Shown here: positions 24,547-34,165 of the stretch, one piece after another
How positions within the stretch are numbered: the first letter of the stretch is position 1
Layout: the number at the start of each line of letters is the position of its first letter
Source of the DNA: a virus
Taxonomy: Duplodnaviria; Caudoviricetes
DNA: 49,772 nucleotides
Reading direction: 5' to 3' (one strand)
IMG/VR virus record: IMGVR_UViG_3300025398_000029
Span: 1 to 49,772 of that record
Notes under the pieces: generated by a model
Seen by the model: only the letters and a program-made list of their open reading frames with translations
Databases searched by the model: none
What the model was told of the DNA's origin: nothing
Program-made: the position numbers and the translations under genes

Positions 24547-27264
24547 TTAGAGTCCAGTAAACGTGTTGCTTGGGTTAGCGTAAACCGTTGGGGTAATCGT
24601 ATTGGCAATCGGCAGCGGAGCAATCCCAACCAAAGGAACCGTTGTTGTGAGATACGTTCCACCAGTAGGGTACGAAGTTCGTGCGCCTACAGAAACAACA
24701 TTTGAAACCCCGGCAACTTGGCCGATGATTGAAGCAAGGTCCATAACGTTTACCGAGACCGCAGCACCGTTCCAATAAGGGGGCGAGTTTGTGCCGCCCG
24801 CCCATGTTGCGGGGCTAAGAAAAGAGCGAATAGCAGAGTTTACAGAAGTCTGCACTGCCGTTGTGGTGTATGCGGGCGAAACGTAAATTGTGTATTGAAC
24901 GTCAATCGGCACATAATTAGGGTTGATTGAATTAACCGTAAAGTTTGTTTCACGTCGAGTTGCAAGGTAGGACGAAAGATTTTGCGCAATGCTTGGAGCA
25001 ACAGGAAGTCCGTTAGCGTCTGTGGGAACAACCGAAACAGTACGAGGGTAATTGTACGTGTTGGGGTTATAAAGCCCTCCGGGGGTCCATGTGTAGTTGT
25101 ATTGATTCAACGCAGGAAGATTTGTAAGCGTGTAAGCGCCAGAAACAACAGCAACGTTAGAAACAATAACGCTTGAGCCAAGAGGAACATTAAGGCCAGT
25201 CCCAAAAACAATGTTTACCTGAACGTCTGCGGGAGCAGCAAGAGTAAATTGAATTGGCAATGTAACCACTGCGGCTGCCGATGGACTAACGGTGGCGATA
25301 ACTGCGGATGTTGCAACGTTTACAACTTGAATAGAAATATTGCTATAAGTTGATGATGCCGCGTATGTGGCGTTGACCGTTGCAAAAAGCGTGTAAACCC
25401 TTGAGGTAGATGTTGTGTCAGAGACAAGGTGGGAAAGGTTGAACGCTTGCGAACTAACCGTTAACGATGAACCAAGTGCAGAGCCGGTTCCCTGATATTG
25501 CACGCCAGTTCCCGGAAGGATAACCGTGCCGTTGGGGTTGGTCCAAGAAGAGCCGTATCCGTTGCTGTATTCGTAGTCAAGGAATGTAGCATCAGGAATA
25601 AAGTTGTAATTGCTTGTGGTAAGCGTTGGACTTTGCGCCGTTGTAAGGTCCAACTGAACCTCATTAAGCGAAACATACGGTATTGTGTGCGTCTTGCTTG
25701 TTTCAGTAGTTGAGAAAGCAATATACATTTGAATGCTAGTTACGTATGGGCGCGGAGCCGATGGATTGGCGTTTGTGTAAATTGTGGTAACGCTGGGGTC
25801 AGAAGCGAGAACGTTTGTGGAGTTGGCGTTAGTTGACGCAATGTTGCACGTAACAACTTTGGAGTTAGACGTGTACGTGTAAAGAGAATCGTCCAAAGTT
25901 GGCAATGAAGAAAATGTTTGCACTGAACCATCAATGTACGTAGCAACCGCAACAATGTATGGCTTTTCTGTTGCCGTAGTTGCGGGGGCTGAGCCGGCGG
26001 CTTTAATTACAGAAGCGGCTTGATACCAGTAAGAGTTTGCGTACAGACTTGATGCAACAGGGGCAGAAGCCGCTTGAAGTTGCTTGACGGTTGCAGACGT
26101 TGTGTGCGCGTAGGCTAGTCCTGGTGACGCAATGGTAAGTGTTTGTTGTGTTGCGGAGCCCGAACCAGTGGTTGCCGATGCTGCGGTAACAACCGCAATT
26201 TCATTGCCGTTTGTTGAATCGGTAATCATAATCAGGGCCGGGGCAACCGAACTGATTGTGGTGCTAAAAGACGGGCCTGTTCCAACCGTCACAATAAGGC
26301 TTGTGGCTTTTGCAATAGTGGCAGTTTGCACGGTGGCGGCGCTAACAAGAGCAGTGCTTGTGCTTGTAAACTGAAGATAGTTAGATGGTGCTGTTCCGGG
26401 CGTAGAAAGCGTAGGCAAACCAGCCGTTACGGTACCGTTTCCGACCACACCCCAACCACTAGGCGTTGAGCCCGAAGTAGAAGCAGTTGTAAAGTTTGCA
26501 TTGGCCGCACTAAATAAATTGGTCAACGAGTTAAAACCGTCAAAAGCCTGTGCGCGGTAAATACCGGATACGTTTTGAGCAAACAAAGCGTAGTCACTCG
26601 GGGTAATTGGCCGAGGGGCAAGCAATTGAAGTTCAGCCGTAAGACGAGAAAGAAATGCGTCTGTTGATTCAGGGTCTGTTCCGGCAACAAGGTTAGAATT
26701 GTTTGCGGGGGTTCCCGTAATAACAACGCTTGAAATGTTTGCATCTTGCGTTTGCAGTTGCATGTAAAACGGGGGTGTAGGAGAAGAGTTTACGTTTGCG
26801 CCAAAACCAGAAAACGATTGAATGTTGTAAGCCGCACCCGTAGTGACGGCTTCCAGCAAAACGCCTGCCGTGCTATTTGTTCCTGCGGAGATTGTAAGAG
26901 GGTTTACCGTTTGAAACTGGTAAGAGGCACCTGCGTAAAAAACGCCAACAATTGTTCCAGCCGCAATTTGATAACCGCCAGCGGGAGCATTGCTAACCAA
27001 AGTCCAAGTTGAATACAGTTGATTCTGAAGTCCCGCATTTGGCACAATTCCAATGAGTGAACCAAAGTATTGAAAGATGGAGTCAGGGACGTTAGAGGCC
27101 ACGTTAGCGGCCTCTGATGACATTGCAGCAAACTGTTCTAGAAGAAGAACCTCGAGGTTGCCCTCACGGGGAATCCAACCAGGAATATTGGCAGAGATAG
27201 AAGCAAGGGACTGTTGGACAAGTACGTCTGCTTCTGTTACGATTGGTACGTTAATGTATGCCAT
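24547..27264 (-). CDS. baseplate gpJ-like protein with a large insertion
   Basis: PGW.P.EGNLEV.LLE, G.D.ES....L.R, PRPI...DY, gpJ-like C-terminus. 905 aa. Confidence 0.85.
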   Translation of the reverse strand: MAYINVPIVTEADVLVQQSLASISANIPGWIPREGNLEVLLLEQFAAMSSEAANVASNVPDSIFQYFGSLIGIVPNAGLQNQLYSTWTLVSNAPAGGYQIAAGTIVGVFYAGASYQFQTVNPLTISAGTNSTAGVLLEAVTTGAAYNIQSFSGFGANVNSSPTPPFYMQLQTQDANISSVVITGTPANNSNLVAGTDPESTDAFLSRLTAELQLLAPRPITPSDYALFAQNVSGIYRAQAFDGFNSLTNLFSAANANFTTASTSGSTPSGWGVVGNGTVTAGLPTLSTPGTAPSNYLQFTSTSTALVSAATVQTATIAKATSLIVTVGTGPSFSTTISSVAPALIMITDSTNGNEIAVVTAASATTGSGSATQQTLTIASPGLAYAHTTSATVKQLQAASAPVASSLYANSYWYQAASVIKAAGSAPATTATEKPYIVAVATYIDGSVQTFSSLPTLDDSLYTYTSNSKVVTCNIASTNANSTNVLASDPSVTTIYTNANPSAPRPYVTSIQMYIAFSTTETSKTHTIPYVSLNEVQLDLTTAQSPTLTTSNYNFIPDATFLDYEYSNGYGSSWTNPNGTVILPGTGVQYQGTGSALGSSLTVSSQAFNLSHLVSDTTSTSRVYTLFATVNATYAASSTYSNISIQVVNVATSAVIATVSPSAAAVVTLPIQFTLAAPADVQVNIVFGTGLNVPLGSSVIVSNVAVVSGAYTLTNLPALNQYNYTWTPGGLYNPNTYNYPRTVSVVPTDANGLPVAPSIAQNLSSYLATRRETNFTVNSINPNYVPIDVQYTIYVSPAYTTTAVQTSVNSAIRSFLSPATWAGGTNSPPYWNGAAVSVNVMDLASIIGQVAGVSNVVSVGARTSYPTGGTYLTTTVPLVGIAPLPIANTITPTVYANPSNTFTGL

Positions 27265-27935
27265 TAGTCACTTCCCAAATTACTGGTGATTGATACGCTT
27301 AAAGAAGCGTTATTGTTGTCGTCATATTCTACTGAAACATTTGCGTTGGCCCGTGGCTCCCAACGTTGAATTGTTTGTTCAATAGATTCTGTGTCAATAT
27401 CGGTAAAGGTTGGGTCTTCAATGCCAAACTCGGGAAGCATTGTTCTTTCGCCAATAAGCGCCCCTACAACCATTGCAACTGAAGAAGATATTTCTTCGTA
27501 AGAATCTTGAGGGTTGACGGACAATTGACCAAAAGGGTCAAGAGTAAAATTGTTTTGAAAATGCGGCGGACCATAGACAGGGTTTACAGACGGAGAAAAA
27601 ACTGAAATATTTAGCGGAACGCTGCTTGCGTTTAAATAATCTACGTGAATAATGCTAAAGGCAACCGACGCGGGGATATTTGTCAAGTTAGGAAACTTAT
27701 AAAAATACGAAGGGACCGGGGCGACCAAACTAAGGTTTGAGGTTCCGCTTGCTCGCACAACGTTTGGCGCAAGAGAGGTAAACAAGTTCCAAACAGGAAT
27801 GGTTTGGTCGGCATTTGCTAGTACGTACACTTGGTAAATGGAGCCATTGGTGACGTCGCTCGCCGCCGTCCAATTTAATTGGATTCCGCTTCCTGCAACC
27901 CATGTTGCTGTAAGTTCTGTAATAGCGTCAGCCAT
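27264..27935 (-). CDS. baseplate gp25/gpW-like protein with N-terminal FN3-like domain
   Basis: QDS..EI...V......GER...PEFGI.DP, I.RWEPRA. Confidence 0.85.
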   Translation of the reverse strand: MADAITELTATWVAGSGIQLNWTAASDVTNGSIYQVYVLANADQTIPVWNLFTSLAPNVVRASGTSNLSLVAPVPSYFYKFPNLTNIPASVAFSIIHVDYLNASSVPLNISVFSPSVNPVYGPPHFQNNFTLDPFGQLSVNPQDSYEEISSSVAMVVGALIGERTMLPEFGIEDPTFTDIDTESIEQTIQRWEPRANANVSVEYDDNNNASLSVSITSNLGSD

Positions 27936-29171
27936 TTAGATTCCTAGTCTGCCCCCCTGGCGCGGACCTTCCTTAATTGCAATAAGGTTGGCGCAGACAT
28001 AAGGGATATTGTTTGCTTGGTGCCACTCGCTTGGGAAGTGAGTGAAAAGTTGGCTTACTTGAAAGTTGCAAGTAATTTCTGGGACAAACCGGCGAAACTG
28101 GTCGTCTGTCCAATACCAAAAACTGTTTTCGTTGTAAAACGCAACGTGCGTAGGGTCTTGGAAGGCGCCTCGGCCATCGGTGCTGGGGGTAAGGCTAAGG
28201 ACCATGCCGCCGTGGGCAAGAACCCGGTGAAACTCATTCCACAATCGAATCTTATCTGAAATGTGTTCGCAGAAATCAACGGCTCGAATAACGCCTACAG
28301 AATTGTCTTCCATGTCGCCCAGCACGTTAAAAATGTCGCCTAAGAAATCAGCAGGCTCATTAAGGTCGACGGTTTTGTAACCGGGTGCAGGATTGTGCGC
28401 CCCACCAAGGTCAAGAGCCAAAAGACCTTCATCTTCGGCCCACTTCAACAAAAGGGGCTGAATGGTTTGCCCATGAAGACGCACAGTTTCTTCTTGAATA
28501 AACTTGTTGGTCTCTGGGTCTTTTTGCGTGTTTAGCGTGTGTACACGTTGGTAGTACAAACACTTTTCAATGTGGTGAAAGCCGCCAATCAAGTAAAGAC
28601 GCGTCATCAAATCTTGGTCGTCAAGAACTTTTTTTGAAGAATCGTATCCGCCCGCAGTGTCGTACGCAAACTTTAAAAAAGCGCGGACATGATTGGGGGC
28701 ATACCAAATGTAAGAAACATTGTGCGGACTAGGCTCGAGGCCCTTGCAGACCAAATGCTCACCCTCTTGATAGTATTCCCAACCAAATGATTCATCAAAT
28801 CGCTGGTGGTTTGGGGTGCCGTCTTCGTTAATTTGAGCAAAGTCAGAGTAAGCAAAGACAGTGTAAGGGTCCTTGAAAACGTTTTGAATTTCTTCTAGAG
28901 CGTTGGGGGCAAGCAAGTCGTCGTGGTCAAGTTCCACAAGAATCCTGCCGGAACAAAGTTCAACGGCATGACGCTTCAGTGCGCCTACGCCTTGCAGTTT
29001 TTCATCTGCATACGCAACTCGAACACGGTCGTCCCACTCTGGACGAGACCACTCAGCGCCACCATTAAGGAGAACAATCCATTCCCAATTCTCAATTGTT
29101 TGCGCTTTTAGAGAAGCGTAGCAATCATCTAAGAATTTAGAGTTATGGCTTGGCGTAAATACACTAATCAT
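27936..29171 (-). CDS. GT2 glycosyltransferase fused to class I SAM methyltransferase-like domain
   Basis: ISVFTPSH, EWIV, ELDHDD, DD.DL. C-terminal LDLGG, EH, L..GG, DPTH. Confidence 0.9.
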   Translation of the reverse strand: MISVFTPSHNSKFLDDCYASLKAQTIENWEWIVLLNGGAEWSRPEWDDRVRVAYADEKLQGVGALKRHAVELCSGRILVELDHDDLLAPNALEEIQNVFKDPYTVFAYSDFAQINEDGTPNHQRFDESFGWEYYQEGEHLVCKGLEPSPHNVSYIWYAPNHVRAFLKFAYDTAGGYDSSKKVLDDQDLMTRLYLIGGFHHIEKCLYYQRVHTLNTQKDPETNKFIQEETVRLHGQTIQPLLLKWAEDEGLLALDLGGAHNPAPGYKTVDLNEPADFLGDIFNVLGDMEDNSVGVIRAVDFCEHISDKIRLWNEFHRVLAHGGMVLSLTPSTDGRGAFQDPTHVAFYNENSFWYWTDDQFRRFVPEITCNFQVSQLFTHFPSEWHQANNIPYVCANLIAIKEGPRQGGRLGI

Positions 29172-29214
29172 GTCGTTCCCCTCAGAGCGGCAGTAAATGC
29201 CCCATCATACAAAC

Positions 29215-29243
29215 ATAATACACCATATAGGTTAAAAAATCAA
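29215..29243 (-). promoter_or_regulatory. internal sigma70-type promoter upstream of the GT2-MTase gene
   Basis: TTGATT-N17-TATTAT. Confidence 0.6.
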
Positions 29244-29247
29244 GGAT

Positions 29248-29445
29248 TTACATAAAAGAAAAGAATCCGGCGGACGAAGTAACGGGAGTTGCCGTAACAA
29301 AGAAAATGCCGGGAAACATTACAGTTCCTTGATTGCTCCAATACCGCTCGCCGTTTGTGCCGGTTGAGGCAACGCTGTTGTACGGAGGAAGAACGGTTCC
29401 TTGTTCACGCCAGTACCTAAGTGCGTTTGGGTTGGGGGAAGCCAT
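29248..29445 (-). CDS. small protein with an internal repeat
   Basis: RYW..QGTV..P occurs twice. Confidence 0.6.
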   Translation of the reverse strand: MASPNPNALRYWREQGTVLPPYNSVASTGTNGERYWSNQGTVMFPGIFFVTATPVTSSAGFFSFM

Positions 29446-31403
29446 TAGACAATTGCTCCAAAGTTAAGAGTGCCCGTGCCCGCGGTGTCTTTAGACGTAA
29501 TTTGCAAAGCAATGTAACCCTGTTTGGTTGGGGTAATAGATGAAAATGTCAACGTTTGCCAAGAGCCGGACGTAGTGTTTGAAAGAGTCTGAGCCGCAAC
29601 GCCAAGTTCAGGGTTTGCCAAAATGCTGACAGTTGACGTACCTGTAAAACTCTGCAACACTTGAACTGCAAATGTATGCGCAACGGAGTCAACTGCAATG
29701 TAGACAATTTGGTCTCCAGGGCCTACAAGTTTTCCCGAGGCGGTGTAGCCAGATGGATAGTTTGTAAGGTCTTGCACGGCAAAGTCGTGTCGCTCTGCGT
29801 ATCCAATGGTGTACTTTGATGAGCCTCCACCAGAGGGCCTAGGACGGTTTAAAACGTCGTAGGTGGGCGTTGGCGTAACGGTTCCCGCGTAAGTGATACT
29901 GGCATTGCCAAAACCCAACAACGGGGATACATTGCTGGGGGAAGCAAAGGGCCTAATTTGATTTGAGATTTTTGACCATTGACCAAAATCAATGGCAGGC
30001 GAAGAACCGCTTGGACTGCCAGTGTAGGTTTGATAGGAGGTTCCGGCCAGTGTTATTCCGCTAAGAGCGCTACCGCCAAACCATTGGTTGTATCCAGCAT
30101 CAGTAATAGCGTTAGGAGTACCGCTTCCGTAACCGCCATAAACAGCACCAGAAATAAAAGAATTAGAAACGTTTGCAATTCCTACTGCTGTTGTGGCAGA
30201 AGAATAAACACCTTGCGCTGCGCCAAAAATTGTGCAGTTATTTATGTAACACATGTTTGCATATTGCAAAGAACCGTTTGTTCTTACCCAAATTGCAGCA
30301 TGGTTGGAACCACCCCAGCCCATAATAAGGCTATTTTGAATGACAATAGAGCCACCAAAAGAAAAATACGGAGTTATTACTGCGTTGTTTGCTGTTCCCT
30401 TTCCAACTAAAAGGCAACGGTCATATAAAACATATGGAACAAAACCCGTTCCGTAACCGTTAGACATTGTAATATTAGAAGAAGATGCCATTCCGTTAAA
30501 AACGCAATCTTGAAAAACTAATTGGCCAAACATATACCAAGTAGTGCTGGTGCTATAAGACAAAGAACCAGGGTTATTGAAACCGGCTGTAAAAGTCAAG
30601 ACGTTTGATGTGTTAGAGGTAACAAGACAGGTTACGTTACCAACTTCAAATATGTAGCCTGCCCATTGATTTGTTGCCCAACTAACGCCACCGATTGTAA
30701 GAGTTGTTGAGGTGTTTGAAATTATTTGAGTTCCACTAGTAGCGGGTAGTTGTGAGGTCTGAAAAATAAAACCGTTTGTAGTGCTTGTGCCAGTTCCGCC
30801 AATCCAAGTAATGTTTGAAATGGTGGTTTGAGTTGTGTAAAAAAGAGCACATTGCCCAGCATATCCAGTTACCCCAGTGTCGGCGGTAAACCAAGTTGCT
30901 ACCACCTCCCCAGCATCTCCTGTGTAGGCGCCAGTAACGTCACCAATTACGTTTAAATTTATTCCGCTGAAGAAGGCAGCGGTAGAATACCGATAAACAC
31001 CAGCGCCTACATAAATAGTAATAGTTGGAGAGTTCACCGTATTTGCATATATTGGGTTTACCGCCGAGTTAGGAAGAGCGGCAGTAATTGTGGCAAAGGG
31101 TCCACCAACATTAAAAGTAAGTCCTGTTGTGCCAGTAAAACTGGCTCCATAAACGTAAGAAATTGTTACAGTTGTTGCGGAAGTGTACGCAGTTATAAGA
31201 TACCAAGAACCATTGTTAATGTTTACGTTTTGCCCAACCATTGAAGCGGTAAAAACGCTTGCAAGGGAAACAAGGGTAGTGCTGTTTGAGCCCGCGGCGG
31301 TGGTGCTAGTTGCCAAAATGGTTGGAGAGGTTCCACCATTTGCCGTATCAGATGCACTGGCGTAGTTGCTTGTATTGCGAACATAATAAGTAGTTGCGGC
31401 CAT
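29445..31403 (-). CDS. virion appendage with pectin-lyase-like beta-helix
   Basis: TYYV, GPFATI..A, IYVG.GVY, repeated I.N../C.F turns. Confidence 0.65.
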   Translation of the reverse strand: MAATTYYVRNTSNYASASDTANGGTSPTILATSTTAAGSNSTTLVSLASVFTASMVGQNVNINNGSWYLITAYTSATTVTISYVYGASFTGTTGLTFNVGGPFATITAALPNSAVNPIYANTVNSPTITIYVGAGVYRYSTAAFFSGINLNVIGDVTGAYTGDAGEVVATWFTADTGVTGYAGQCALFYTTQTTISNITWIGGTGTSTTNGFIFQTSQLPATSGTQIISNTSTTLTIGGVSWATNQWAGYIFEVGNVTCLVTSNTSNVLTFTAGFNNPGSLSYSTSTTWYMFGQLVFQDCVFNGMASSSNITMSNGYGTGFVPYVLYDRCLLVGKGTANNAVITPYFSFGGSIVIQNSLIMGWGGSNHAAIWVRTNGSLQYANMCYINNCTIFGAAQGVYSSATTAVGIANVSNSFISGAVYGGYGSGTPNAITDAGYNQWFGGSALSGITLAGTSYQTYTGSPSGSSPAIDFGQWSKISNQIRPFASPSNVSPLLGFGNASITYAGTVTPTPTYDVLNRPRPSGGGSSKYTIGYAERHDFAVQDLTNYPSGYTASGKLVGPGDQIVYIAVDSVAHTFAVQVLQSFTGTSTVSILANPELGVAAQTLSNTTSGSWQTLTFSSITPTKQGYIALQITSKDTAGTGTLNFGAIV

Positions 31404-31412
31404 TGTCTATCC

Positions 31413-33080
31413 TTACGCTACTGCCACGCATCGCCATTTTGATGTTTCGGTGTTCCAAAAGAAACCAACGTCAAGGCGTGTTGTGCTAGTGGTTGTTGTA
31501 GGAAGTGTAGCAGTTGAAGGCTCAAACTTTGTTCCCCATGTCAATGGAATGCCAGTAGTTCCAGTAACGCTGATTCGCAAAGTGTCTCCATCAACAGGGG
31601 TGCCAGTGAGGTTTGTGGTAAACGACGTAATGGCCGCAGTTTGCGCCGTAATGTGTACAACATCGTAAGAGTCTGTGTTTATTGTGGGCGTGGCAGAGTT
31701 TGCAGAAAGAGAAAGAATTCGTTTGGTAATTCGTTTGTTGGTAACAGTTTGTGCCGCAGTGGTTCCTACAATCTGCTGAGCAATAGCCGCAGGGTCGTAA
31801 GTAGTTGTGGACATGTTGCCCGAACCAGCAGTACCTTGTGGACCCTGTAGCCCTACGTTCCCAGCAACGCTCATTGACCAACTAGAAAATGATATGGAAT
31901 ATGAGGATACGTTTGCCGGGGTCGTTGACGACCAGTTGCCAGTAAACGTCAAGGTTGTTGCGTTGTTGGATGTAACCGTAGCGGTAGTGGTTCCAACCGT
32001 TACAACAGCGCCAACCCAAATATTTGTTGGCCAAGTGTAGGCGGATTGTACAAGAGTTGTTGCAGTAATTGTTGTAGAGACACCGGTTCCATAAGCGTTG
32101 TTACCAATTGTGTCAATGGTTACGTTTGTGTTGTTACCAAAACCACCTGTGGGGCCGGTATTTATTCCTTCTACATAAACGCTAGTAGATGAAGTAGCAA
32201 CAAGGCGAACTCTTCCTCCGGTTTGATATGCGGTAATTGAATAAGAACCTACGGTGCTATTGCTAAAATTAAAACTACCCAATTGAGGCGCAAATGAGTT
32301 TGTTGGAACAAAAATATATCCATAACCTTGGAAGCCTTGAGAACCCGTAACGCCTTGTGGCCCTGGAAGACCATCGGTGCTAAAAGTCCATGGCCCGGCG
32401 GTTGTTGCAGTTCCGTTTGTTGTGTCTATAAGTACGGTAATGGATGAGTTCGCCGTTAATGCTGTTATTGTTCCAGACGCCCAAGTAGTAGGTAGTGATG
32501 TAAGGGCGGCACGAACACGTTGACCAACTGCAAAAGCACCACTATTAGAAACGGCCCAGGTTAAAGAATATGTACCGGTAGATAATGTATTTTGGGTAAT
32601 TGATGTTACGCCGTAATAACCAATTCCCTGGTAGCCCTGCGGCCCCTGCGGCCCGGTAACAGCCTGCCCTTGATAGCCCTGAGGGCCTTGAGGAACAGAA
32701 AAATTAAACACTGCCGTACTTTGTGAGCCAGAATTAGTAACCGAAGCGCCAGTTGCATAGGAGACGGTAGAAGTCGTTCCAACGTTTACCGTTGCTGCGC
32801 TGCCTTGGTAGCCTTGGTAGCCCTGTTGTCCAACGACAGCGGTAACCCAAGAGCCGATGTTTAGCGGCGTGGATGTTGTAATGCCCGCTGATGAAGCAAC
32901 AACAAATTGCGTTGAGTTGGTAATGCTTGAGATGGTTGTGTTGATTCCGTAAGTGGCGTTTTCAACGTACATACCAGTCGTAAGGTTGGCGGTGCTTGAA
33001 ACGGTAATTGTTGTGCCTGACACGGCGGTTGGCGTAAACGGCGAACCTGTAGCAGGGACAAAATATTTCAACTGAGACAT
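31413..33080 (-). CDS. collagen-like tail fibre
   Basis: GYQ/GPQ triplets, T/S-rich domains, C-terminal ...KWRCVAVA domain. Confidence 0.75.
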   Translation of the reverse strand: MSQLKYFVPATGSPFTPTAVSGTTITVSSTANLTTGMYVENATYGINTTISSITNSTQFVVASSAGITTSTPLNIGSWVTAVVGQQGYQGYQGSAATVNVGTTSTVSYATGASVTNSGSQSTAVFNFSVPQGPQGYQGQAVTGPQGPQGYQGIGYYGVTSITQNTLSTGTYSLTWAVSNSGAFAVGQRVRAALTSLPTTWASGTITALTANSSITVLIDTTNGTATTAGPWTFSTDGLPGPQGVTGSQGFQGYGYIFVPTNSFAPQLGSFNFSNSTVGSYSITAYQTGGRVRLVATSSTSVYVEGINTGPTGGFGNNTNVTIDTIGNNAYGTGVSTTITATTLVQSAYTWPTNIWVGAVVTVGTTTATVTSNNATTLTFTGNWSSTTPANVSSYSISFSSWSMSVAGNVGLQGPQGTAGSGNMSTTTYDPAAIAQQIVGTTAAQTVTNKRITKRILSLSANSATPTINTDSYDVVHITAQTAAITSFTTNLTGTPVDGDTLRISVTGTTGIPLTWGTKFEPSTATLPTTTTSTTRLDVGFFWNTETSKWRCVAVA

Positions 33081-33503
33081 TTACCGCCCCTCTCCAATAA
33101 GTTCTAAAGTCATTTGCAACTCTTCTTTAACGGTCAATCCAGCCGGAATACGCAAATCAAAATGACTTGGAATTTCCCACATTGCGTTTGTGTCTTGAAA
33201 TTTAGATTCTTTAACTCGGTCTACCCAAATTAAAAAATCCGGCTTACCAAATGATTCGCAAGTTTCTTTGGTCGGGCACACAAAATCAACCACAACATTA
33301 TGACCTTGTTCTTGAAACATGCGAGCCATGCCGCCAAGACGCCGTGCTTGCTCTACGCGGTCGGCTAAAGAAAAGCCAAGGTCATTGCTTACATGTTTGC
33401 GCACTGCATCAGCGTTTATATGTATTGCGTTAATCCACTCAGAGACTGCACTTGCAAGAGTAGTTTTGCCCGCTCCAGGCAATCCAATTATTTGGATAAT
33501 CAT
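33081..33503 (-). CDS. cysC: adenylyl-sulfate (APS) kinase-like P-loop kinase
   Basis: IIGLPGAGKTTLA, NAD.VR....DLGFS..DR.EQARR, DFVCPT. Confidence 0.82.
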   Translation of the reverse strand: MIIQIIGLPGAGKTTLASAVSEWINAIHINADAVRKHVSNDLGFSLADRVEQARRLGGMARMFQEQGHNVVVDFVCPTKETCESFGKPDFLIWVDRVKESKFQDTNAMWEIPSHFDLRIPAGLTVKEELQMTLELIGEGR

Positions 33504-34165
33504 TTTCCGTCCCAAAATAATTCTGGGGTGTTGTAAATTTCGTAATCAAGCGGGCTCAAATTGTTTAGATAATCTATTTGGTCGCTTGTCAAGGAACCAT
33601 AAATTATTGATGAAGCGTCTGTTGTGTTTATGGGGTCATCATTGTCGTAATTAAAGCAATAGCGAAACGTTTCACTTGAACCAAAATCTTGCAAAATGCG
33701 ATTGCCTAATATTTCTACAGACTTTAAAGGAAACTGGTCATCACGCAAAAATAGATTTATTCTTGCTATGCGACGCATAACTTCATCACGGTCAACTTGA
33801 ATTGACAAAAAATCTGGATTGTCAATGAACATTGACATTGTTATGTTTTCGCTTGGAACAAACAAAAGATTTTTTGATTGATAGTCAGACAACACATCTT
33901 TATTTTTTTCAAACCAAGACAAAAAATCATCTACCGTAGGGTTGTTATTTTTGTAAGTGTATTGACTAACCGTTCGAGCGGCGGGTTCGCGCCAAGAAGA
34001 AACAAGGTAAGTTTCATCGTCTACGTTTTGCCATGCTGCGTGAAAACCGTATTGAAGGTTAAGGTTTGCAACCTCTGGCATCAATTCGCAAACATTAATC
34101 AAAACCCTAACGCGCACAAAAGAACCGCCAGTTTTGGGTGTGTGAATGTGATAAATCTTGTTCAT
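33500..34165 (-). CDS. sulfotransferase (Sulfotransfer_2-like)
   Basis: 5'-PSB H.PKTGGS, 3'-PB REP..R.VS.Y, C-terminal LD.EIY. Confidence 0.8.
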   Translation of the reverse strand: MNKIYHIHTPKTGGSFVRVRVLINVCELMPEVANLNLQYGFHAAWQNVDDETYLVSSWREPAARTVSQYTYKNNNPTVDDFLSWFEKNKDVLSDYQSKNLLFVPSENITMSMFIDNPDFLSIQVDRDEVMRRIARINLFLRDDQFPLKSVEILGNRILQDFGSSETFRYCFNYDNDDPINTTDASSIIYGSLTSDQIDYLNNLSPLDYEIYNTPELFWDGK

